64,000 nucleotides of DNA from Chrysomallon squamiferum (lineage: Eukaryota > Animalia > Mollusca). The notes beneath the pieces are model-generated. The model ran no database searches and was not told the origin of the DNA. It worked only from the letters and a program-made list of their open reading frames with translations. The stretch lies in the NCBI GenBank assembly GCA_012295275.1, contig CM022671.1, forward strand, positions 25,048,001-25,112,000, given 5' to 3'. Every line of letters starts with the position of its first letter. The stretch's first letter is position 1. A program made the translations under genes and the position numbers. Below, piece by piece: positions 54,807 to 64,000 of this stretch.

Positions 54807-54858
<52 letters not shown>

Positions 54859-55049
54859 AACACATAATGCATAATTAAATATGAAGTTTGAATTGGTTTG
54901 ATTTTGTCTTATTAGTGTGTTAATACTGAAGTATACATAATTATAAACAGTCTCTTTGTCTTTGTCTCTCAGTATTTAGTTATATATCTTTCTTTCTGTG
55001 TTTCTATCTATCTGTCCTCAATTTCTTTATTTTTATCAATCCACCTATA

Positions 55050-55130
<81 letters not shown>

Positions 55131-56289
55131 CACTATCGCTCTCTTTCTCTGTCTCTCTCTTTCTGTCTTTCTCTCACTGTTTCTCTCTATCTTAGCCTGA
55201 CATTTTCTTTTCTTTTTTTATCTCATCCACTCTCTTTGCTTCGTTCGCTCTCACCTCTACTCTCTTCGTTTCTCTGTTTCTCTCTGGTTTGCCTACGTAT
55301 TAAGTCAAATCATAAATTATTTAAAATAAATTCTTATTTATATTACTTCTGTAATACCTGCCGTCATGTACGGAAATGTTATCTCGTCATCTGTGATTTA
55401 TACACAAACTAATAGTACAAAACACCAAGAAGATGATTTTATAATCATTTGTCGCTAATTCGTGTAATTTTTGCGTTGACTAATTGTGAACTGAAAAAAC
55501 TGGGGATTTTTTATATTATTTCTCTCTTTCTTTTGAAAAGCTGTTATTAAAATTTTGCCATTAATTCATTTCATTTCTGCAGGTTTAAAGGATTATTTTT
55601 TTGTTGTTGTTGTTGTTTTTGTTGCAATGTTATTTTTCATTATTAAATCCTTTCGACTTTATTTTCTAATTTTCTTTTACTTTTACATTTGAAATGGCAG
55701 TTCCACTTTAATCTGTTGAAAGAAAAACAGATATAAAGCTCTTGCCTGCCTTTTTTTAATATTGTTTCTATTAGATTTAATAAAATTTTGTATCTTACAG
55801 TAAAATTCTTCATTAAAAAAAATAAACAGTAATAAAAATTAATTAAAGATGTGGGTTTCTCTTATAAAGAAAGTAAAAACACAAAAGCTTAATTAATCTT
55901 AAAGACACAGTTTACTTCGTCAATGCTGAAATTTTGTCTCATGAGTAGAACGTAAACGATTTGCATGATGCTAAAAACATAAGAACGTTTCACAAATTAA
56001 CAAACAAACAAATAAATAAATAAATCGAAAAGAACTAACTCAACATATAACAATACATCGGATTCGGAAATATTTTCATTTCATCTTAAATTCATTTTTG
56101 TTTTCGAAATATTTTATGATCTACATTTCTGTAATATTTTCTATTATTATTTGTAAATTGATCTGAATAATTGGTTCTAGAAAAAACTTTAAATAACTGA
56201 ATTACTTCAATTTGTGACCATTAACACTTGAAACTAATTTGCGTGATGAACCTAATCGAAAGTCAAACTGAAAGAAATATAAAGTACAG

Positions 56290-56990
56290 CTAATAATGAA
56301 TGACACATTTCGTATACTTCACACTGAATGATAAATGATGTGTACGTCAATTTGAATGATAAATAGTGAATACTTTGCCATGAATAATAAAATGTGTGTA
56401 CGTGACAGACAATAATAAATTATGTACACGTTATTTTTAATGAATTACGTCACAATGACTGATAAACCAAGTATATGTCGCCAAGAACGATAAATTAAGT
56501 ATACGTCACAGTAAAAGATAAATTTGTTTATACATCGCAGTGAATGATACGTTAGATATACGTCACAATAAATGATAAACTGTGTATTTGTCACAGTAAG
56601 TGATACATAGTTGAACGTCACAGTGCGTGATAAATTGTGTGTACAGGACAATAAATGACAAATTGTGAATACAATGACGTAAATTGTTTTAATGTCTCAG
56701 TGAAAGATATTTTGTGTATACGTTACAATGAATAATAAATTGTGTATACGTCACACTGAATGGTAAATTGTGTTAATGTCTCAATGAAAGATATTTTGTG
56801 TATACGTCACAATGAATAATAAATTGTGTATACGTCACACTGAATGGTGAATTGTGTTAATGTCTCAATTTAGGATATTTTGTGTATAAGTCACATTGAA
56901 AGATAAATTGTGTATATGATTGAATTATGAAATGTTATTATGAATGATAAATTGATAAAACGTCAATGTTAATAACAAATACGTCAAAAT
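56290..56990. repeat. ~28-bp minisatellite (consensus ~tgtgtatacgtcacaatgaatgataaat) with an 84-bp higher-order unit
   Basis: Recurrent tacgtcaca/ataaattg; variant aatgtctca unit recurs at 56681, 56765, 56849. Confidence 0.85.
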
Positions 56991-57510
56991 GAAATAATAA
57001 ACAGGTTGGTTGAATCACTGTAAACTCTCGACACTAAAACAAGATTGTGTCTTAAATCCATTTCTACGGTTCATCTTCATAAATATCTTTCACATACAAT
57101 CATTTTAATCACAACTGTCCTTTTTTATTCCAGTAACTAACTGACAACAGTTTTAATATGCTAGGTAAACGTCTAAAAGAAATTTAACACTGGTTTGTTG
57201 TAGATACATGATTTACGAGAAACCTTTAAAACGAATTTGAATACAATGTACCACCATTGTAAACAAAAACCCGAAAACAGTGATAACAAAAAATAATATT
57301 TCAGTAGAACAGATCTAAGATAACACAAAGATGGACAATGTGGTCATAGCATAGGAACGCAAGAGACAAACACAACTACAGATGACGAGGAAGAAGAAAT
57401 ATAAGCTAATGGCTATAAAACTGACGTATTACAAAATACATAGATCTTGAGAAATTAGCTGATTATATATCATACCTTTCACCGCAGAAAGATGGATGCA
57501 GCATCAAATT

Positions 57511-57544
<34 letters not shown>

Positions 57545-58290
57545 AATAAATAAAAAGAAAAGAAAAAAGTTCTTATTGTTTTAGTCAGGGAAGTGTTCAA
57601 TGTAAATATTTTTTTGTTGTTGTTTTGTTCGGGGTTTGTTTCGGGGGGTGTTATTTCGAGGGGTCTTTATTTTTTGTTGTTTTTGTTGTTTGTGGGATTT
57701 TATTTTAATTTTATATTTTAATAAACGAAACGCAAATGTCTGTAAAAGAAAACTTTGTTGTACGATGATGAAATCATGGCTACTGTGATTCTTGCAGACT
57801 TTCAAACAGAAAAGTTTTCCTTTTCTTGATTCTATCCAAGATGAAGATGTTCATAATATAATATTTACTAATCTCCTATTTTAAATCAATACGCACATCC
57901 ACCAAAACAATAAGAAAAAGATTTTATAAACAAGATTTTTGTTGGTAATTATTTAATATCGCAGGTTTTTATTTTCTTCTTTTTTTTACTATTTTTTTAA
58001 AATATATATATTCATTTTTTTTTAAATTTTTTAATTATTAATTGTTTTGTTGTTGTCTTTGTTTGTGGGGTGGAGTTTGTTTTATTAATCAGTTTTTTCG
58101 TTCTTGTTTTGGGGGATTAGTTCTGTTTATTTTGTGTTTGTTGTTGTGTACCATGATAGCTTTTTTAATTTTAATTTTATATTTTGTTGTTGCCGTATTG
58201 TTATTGTTTTTGTTTTTTCTTGTTTGTTTTCTATTTTATTGTTTTGTTTTGGATTTTTGTTGTTGTTTTGGTTTGTTGGGGTCTTTTTAA

Positions 58291-58326
<36 letters not shown>

Positions 58327-60079
58327 TATTCAGTATATTATTATATGAAGTTAGTAGGACGAATTAAAACCATAAGGAAACCAACATTAATTATCTTTAA
58401 AAAGTATTCTGCTTCGTTGATGACATGTATTTCCCTTTCTTAATTTAATAAATAAAACATAAGATCTTCTAAGTCCTATTTCGTTTTAAATCTCACTGAT
58501 TTGTTAAGTAAATCACTGATTTAAACTTCGTTGGTTTTTTTTTTTTTTTTTTTTTTTTTTTCTTTTGACCAGAATTTCGAAAGCATGCAGACTGAAGCTG
58601 CAATCAGGTAAACCAGAAATCCTGTGGGGAGATTCGTGACAAAGAACTGTAATATTCAGACTATGACGTCGATGCACCTGCTATTCATTACCATGTAATT
58701 ACTGAAACAAGATAGTTTTTCAACAATGCTAATTGATTCCCAGAATCATTTGGTAAAACAATAGCTTCAGTTAGTAAACGAGAACAAAAATTAAATGACG
58801 TGTTCATTTTTTTGTGTGTGTGAGTAGATACTCTTACATCCGTTCATTGACAAAAGATCTATGTCGAAATACTTTTTGAATATGAAGAACATCAGAAAAT
58901 CGAGCTAAAGACGAAAGTTGAACGAACTGTGTTGAAGAAACTGATATCAACATTAAACTGATATTAACATACAAGCTTTTCTGCAAAAAAAAATTAATAA
59001 CTATTAAATATAATATGTTAATAAATCAGCGAAAAGAATCTGACATTGTATTGTAATTCGAGAGTTTTGATGATCATCAATGACGATTTAATTAGGTTTG
59101 ATATAATTAATTTCTTTTATCACTAAACTTTACTAATTATGTTTTGTACATAGCTGTTTCATGGTGTTAGTGGTGCAGAATAAATCTTTTTTTTTTTTTT
59201 TTTTTTTTTTTAAGAAATCTGATAAAATCAAGAAACTGGCACAATGAAAGAAAAAGGTTGATGGTTGATTTAATTTGAGTATCTTCTGAGGAATGTTTTA
59301 GGACAGATAATGATTATACTAATTAACTACAGCGATTTGAATGGACTTTGGTACAGAATTGCACATTTTATAATTTATACATAGAAATAATTTTTCCACG
59401 GTTCAGTGGCTATATAACCTTTGAGTGATTTTTTTTTTTTTTTTTCAAAACAGCTATTGTGGATTTTGGTGTGGTATAAATACTGTATACTTAGAACAAA
59501 ATGGAAGGGAAAAAATGTAATTTATTCATATTGAAGCTTTCATTAGATATGTAATAAAATTAATAAATTATTCTAATAAGATGTTTTCTTATTCCGATCT
59601 TTTTTCATAACAAACTGTATTTCAGAATTATAAATAAAAAAAAAATTATTCTCATAAAACTCTTTAGTTTACAGAAATTAAATTAAATCATAAGCGGAAT
59701 GTTTTTAGCTTCATCATATCCCTCTTTGTAAAATTTAAACGTCTTCGAAAAACATTGCATAATACAGTAAACAACAGAGTCACTTTATTCACAGGCTGCA
59801 CGATTTAATTCTAGGTTATCAAGACCATACCCATGTGCAGGTTACAGCCAAAAACTTCAGTATAGAAAAGTTGCACCAAATTTCTATGTTAGAAAATGCC
59901 AAAAAGATATAACGAATAAGCATTAATTTGTTTTTAATCATTAGCATTGGTAAAATGGACATTGTAAATAATTATGTGAAATATTTTGTAATTTTAGGGA
60001 TAATAACGTTTAAAAAGATTCGGACGAAATGAAGAGACACTGCTACATACAAAATTTTTTTTTAATGTTACAACAAATC

Positions 60080-60085
60080 TTTATT
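60080..60085 (-). terminator. Candidate polyadenylation signal AATAAA of the EGF gene
   Basis: tttatt on + strand ~160 nt past the stop codon; AT-rich context makes chance occurrence plausible. Confidence 0.45.
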
Positions 60086-60246
60086 GACTTTAATTTCAGT
60101 ACAGTTTATAACTAATACAAAATCGAATTAAAAGCACATTTTTACCGATTCAGAACATTACAGAATGTTATTTTTAGATAAACGTTGGAAAACAGAACTG
60201 CAGGACGCTGTAAACATTTGAGCTGTTGATACGAAGACAATGCAAA

Positions 60247-60413
60247 TTAAACAACTGTTGTGTTCTCACAGACCACCTTCATATTGTTCCATGTCGTTCC
60301 TACGAGACACGAGTCTTCGGTGACCGTCCCTTTGAAGCACATCAAATACTTGCTGTCGTCGTCCACAACCGGGTAAAAGAAAATCTTGTCCGCTGGGCAA
60401 GGCCAAGTACATT
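60247..60413 (-). CDS. Terminal exon of EGF-repeat gene: chitin-binding type 2 (CBM14/peritrophin-A)-like domain
   Basis: ttttcag acceptor; ECTWPCPADKIFFYPVVDDDSKYLMCFKGTVTEDSCLVGTTWNNMKVVCENTTVV*; fits C..FYP...Y..C.x9.C..G..WN.x5.C. Confidence 0.8.
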
Positions 60414-60559
60414 CTGAAAAAAAAAAAAAAAAGGAAAAAATAAAAGGAAAAAAAGAAAGAATTCGGTCATTGCAATTGAAATACAACATAGTTTTTAATT
60501 AATAACGGTTATATTAAAATACATTTTAAGTGTGAATTTAAAATTCAGTTTCGGGAAGA

Positions 60560-60620
<61 letters not shown>

Positions 60621-60966
60621 CTATCTCTCTCTCTCTTTCTCTCTCTCTATATATATATATATGTATCTGTCATTCTATCTTTTTATCCATATATTTATAT
60701 GTGTAGATAGATAAATAGATAAGATAGACAGATGACTGATAAACAAACAGACAGACAGGTAGAGAGATAGACAGACAGATAGAGAGATATATAACAAAAT
60801 ACAAAAATAAGATATTTAAGAAGTAGAATTCGCTGATTACACACACCTGTACATTGTAGACATATAATTATAAATAATACGACGAGTTTAAAACTAGGCT
60901 GAAATGAGACTTACTTAAGAAAATAAAAGCTAATTTTTACATTGGTTGCATAACACTGATACATAC

Positions 60967-61068
60967 CACAGTTCTTGCCAGCAAACTGAGCACTCGGACA
61001 TTTACACTGATAGTCATTTCCATCAGAAGTGCATATTCCATCATTCTGACAAGGGTTGGAATCGCAAG
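60967..61068 (-). CDS. EGF-domain exon (102 nt, phase 1-1)
   Basis: gactag| ... |gtatgt; [34 protein letters not shown]. Confidence 0.92.
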
Positions 61069-61339
61069 CTAGTCAAAACAGCAAATTAAAATGATAAAAT
61101 AGCTTCATATTTGCCTTTAATTATATGTTTTACATTTAAGAAGGAATATATTTGTCATATATATATATTTGAATGTATGTGTATCAAAATATTTTCCAGA
61201 TGGTTAAGATAGTGAATACGTTTTATTCCTCAGTTTACATACATTAAATCCTGTATTATACGATGCTAGAAAACAGAGATAATATTTATTAAATACAATG
61301 AAGAAAAAATAGTAAATTATAACAATGAAATGTACTTAC

Positions 61340-61348
61340 GATTTGTTG
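61340..61348 (-). CDS. 9-nt microexon (linker PTN)
   Basis: gttttgtttcag|caacaaatc|gtaagtac; frame-preserving. Confidence 0.8.
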
Positions 61349-61860
61349 CTGAAACAAAACAAAAATATGTATTTTAAAAATAAAAAGAACCAGGAGATAA
61401 AAACATATATATATACATATTAAATTTAAAAATAATGGTTATAATAACACCAAAAAAAAATACAAAAAAAACAATAACACTAATACATGTCTGTCTCAGT
61501 AAATGAACTTTCTTTTTATGAACAATTAATATTAATTGCAGCTTTAATTACATTATTTATTCATAATGAGAAATAATTCATTACATGTCGATAGCATTAT
61601 CATCATCATCCACACACAAATATTACAATACGTGTGTATAAGTGTGTGTGTGTCTGTGTGTGTGTATGTGTGCGTGTGTGAATTTATATAACAAATAATA
61701 TACTCCAGGTTAAGATGTTTGTTTTATTTTTTTCTTTACAGCTATCGTTCATAATATAATAAATGAGTTACTATTGTAACCTAATAATACGTGATAACGT
61801 TATCAACTCATTTCAAGTGGAAAACGTATAGTAATAGAAATAGACAACATACTAATAATA

Positions 61861-62009
61861 TATAACGTTATCAACTCATTATATTAGTGGTAAGATATGA
61901 TAACGTTATCAACTGATTATATTAGTGGTAAGATATGATAACGTTATCAACTCATTATATTAGTGGTAAGATATGATAACGTTATCAACTCATTATATTA
62001 ATGGTAAGA
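61861..62009. repeat. 38-bp intronic tandem repeat (~4 copies) containing the palindrome TGATAACGTTATCA
   Basis: ataacgttatc at 61862, 61900, 61938, 61976; extra partial copy near 61793. Confidence 0.9.
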
Positions 62010-62037
62010 CGTTCAGTAAAACAAACGTATAACATAC

Positions 62038-62139
62038 GTGATTCGCAGTTTACGCCAGTGTAGCCGCTCTCACAAACACACGTGTATTGTTCGGCGTTGT
62101 CGTAGCAGGTCCCGTGAATGCATGGATTGGAGTTACAGG
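62038..62139 (-). CDS. EGF-domain exon (102 nt, phase 1-1)
   Basis: cattag| ... |gtatgt; [34 protein letters not shown]. Confidence 0.92.
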
Positions 62140-62423
62140 CTAATGAATAAAAAGGAAATTTTGAAGATTTTTTTTGTTTTTGTTTCTCTCTCTGGGTGTG
62201 TGTATGCGTGTATATGTGTGTATGTGTCTGTGTGTGTATGTGTGTACATATTTACTTCTCCAGATTTCTCCTTATTGAAATAGTAAGCCATAACATTTAA
62301 GTAACTGTTTATCTTTCAAAGAATATTAATTTAGAAAAAACCCAACTATTTTACACTTTTGTGAAAAATGATAAACATTAAAATATATAATAACTCTTCC
62401 TTTCCATTGCTGATCTTACTCAC

Positions 62424-62432
62424 GGGTGATTT
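62424..62432 (-). CDS. 9-nt microexon (linker KIT)
   Basis: ttgttttcag|aaatcaccc|gtgagt; frame-preserving. Confidence 0.8.
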
Positions 62433-62687
62433 CTGAAAACAAAAAAGAAAGTAAAATAAAAAATTACAACAAATATTATGAATGAAAAAAAATTGATAAA
62501 TATATCTAGAATTATTATCATTTTATTTTAAACACAGCAGGAAATAAAAACATACTGAGGATAAATAAGGCATTTGTATTTTCTTTTAGAATCTCTCTCT
62601 GTGGTTGTTTTTTTATTTAATAAACCTTAACGAATATATTAACTAGTTTACAGCATTTTAGAATTTGAAGGAATACATAAAACATTA

Positions 62688-62802
<115 letters not shown>

Positions 62803-62827
62803 CAGATCTAACTAATACTGTACATAC

Positions 62828-62929
62828 TTATTTCGCAGTTGGTTCCAGTATAGCCAGCGTTACAACTACAGATGTACTGATCTGCGTTGTCATAACACAC
62901 TCCGTTTACACAAGGGTTTGAACTGCACA
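62828..62929 (-). CDS. EGF-domain exon (102 nt, phase 1-1)
   Basis: ttttcag| ... |gtatgt; LCSSNPCVNGVCYDNADQYICSCNAGYTGTNCEI. Confidence 0.92.
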
Positions 62930-63141
62930 CTGAAAACGAAAGAACATTATAAACTTCTTTCTGTCGTTCTGTCTTTCTTTCTTTCTTTTTTTATCCTTTT
63001 ATTTTGTACAAATTAAATTAAAGACATAATTAAAAACTGTAGATAAAAACTAAAAATATTATTTATTTAAAAATTAAATTTAAAATGCTGTACATATAGT
63101 GATGGCAATCTTTTAACAACAGTAATAATAATATTTATATA

Positions 63142-63184
<43 letters not shown>

Positions 63185-63252
63185 CATTATAAATTAACTA
63201 AACTTAACATTTTGTTTTTGATATGTTTACAATGTATGTAAATAATACTTAC

Positions 63253-63261
63253 AGCCGGTTT
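63253..63261 (-). CDS. 9-nt microexon (linker KTG)
   Basis: ttttcattttcag|aaaccggct|gtaagtat; frame-preserving. Confidence 0.8.
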
Positions 63262-63656
63262 CTGAAAATGAAAATGAAAAAAGTAGCATAAGTAATCGTG
63301 TATATTTTCATTAATCAGTAAAGGTGAATAGTAAATTAAATATAATAACATATTTATATTTGATTCTTTATGCTATAAGACAAATTATCGCGTCTGAAAA
63401 CCATAAAAAAGAATTATCAGTGATTATAACAGTTCATACATTTTAATTAGCAATATGAAAGAGAGTGCGATGGAGATCGAGAGAGAGACATATATACAGA
63501 CAGGGGCAGAGACAGAGAGAGAGAGACAGAGAGAGAGACAGCGAGAGAAGAAGAAGAAGACGAATGAAGGAAGGAAGGAAGGAAGGAAGGGAAGGAAAAT
63601 GATAAAAATGATGTCACAGAGACAAAGAGTAAAGTTTTATAAATACAAAGACTCAC

Positions 63657-63776
63657 TGGTGCAGGTTTTGCCGTCTCCAGTGTAACCAGAGTTACACGTG
63701 CAGTAATAACTACCAAACGTGTTCGTGCAAACCGCGTTACTGTCACAGTCGTTTGTCATACTACATTCGTCCACGT
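63657..63776 (-). CDS. Calcium-binding EGF exon (120 nt, phase 1-1); gene continues beyond the window
   Basis: atttcag| ... |gtgagt; (D)[39 protein letters not shown] with DxDEC and CxNxxGSYxC cbEGF consensus. Confidence 0.93.
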
Positions 63777-63818
63777 CTGAAATTTCAAAACGAATTCATT
63801 TGTTCGTTTAACAATAAT

Positions 63819-63852
<34 letters not shown>

Positions 63853-63885
63853 GCAACAGTAATAAAATAACATATAACAAAACAA

Positions 63886-63931
<46 letters not shown>

Positions 63932-64000
63932 AATAATAATAATAATAATAGTATATGTTTTATAGTATTATTCATGCAGCAGTCTCATTCATCATTTTTA

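Larger units (their letters stand above)
46171..54830. repeat. Recent tandem duplication (46171-50606 and 50607-~54830), each unit carrying one receptor gene
   Basis: Both units begin aaataa(t/c)ccacata(c/g)aaccaagtaatagcctttcagaataaatc and end in (TG)n(TA)n; colinear non-coding identity throughout. Confidence 0.9.

Noticed and set aside
58573-58607. Possible 35-nt plus-strand exon (poly-T..cag|...|gtaaac)
   Set aside because: No partner exons or coding signal; compatible with chance next to a poly-T tract.
63447-63746. ORF-track 99-aa protein MTVTRFART...
   Set aside because: Wrong frame of the cbEGF exon running into an intronic microsatellite.

Overview
AT-rich, microsatellite-laden animal genomic DNA (invertebrate; mollusc/cephalopod-like is only a guess). 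About 53 kb is a tandem array of eight intact, intronless, same-strand 7TM genes of the class A (rhodopsin-like) GPCR fold: four close paralogs in ~7-kb units (4544, 15828, 22815, 30209), a fifth relative (36763), a GC-richer member (44043) and a recent pair in ~4.4-kb units (47368, 52001). A ninth member runs off the left edge, and at least eight pseudogene remnants lie in convergent sense/antisense pairs. By hand alignment the receptors are highly atypical: all eight have E2.46, D2.50, K3.39 and K7.49 at sodium-pocket positions and lack DRY, W6.48, Y5.58 and the TM3-ECL2 disulfide. Six promoters share a TALE(PBX/MEIS-PREP)-like TGTCAATCA plus CCAAT module, and the array shows signs of gene conversion and fast coding divergence. 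One spacer carries a disrupted, spliced gene for a secreted ShK-like protein. The right end holds the 3' part of a minus-strand gene (cbEGF, 3x EGF, chitin-binding-type-2-like C-terminus) whose EGF exons alternate strictly with three 9-nt microexons. Tigger, hAT-like and LINE remnants and several minisatellites are also present. All alignments and counts were done by eye.
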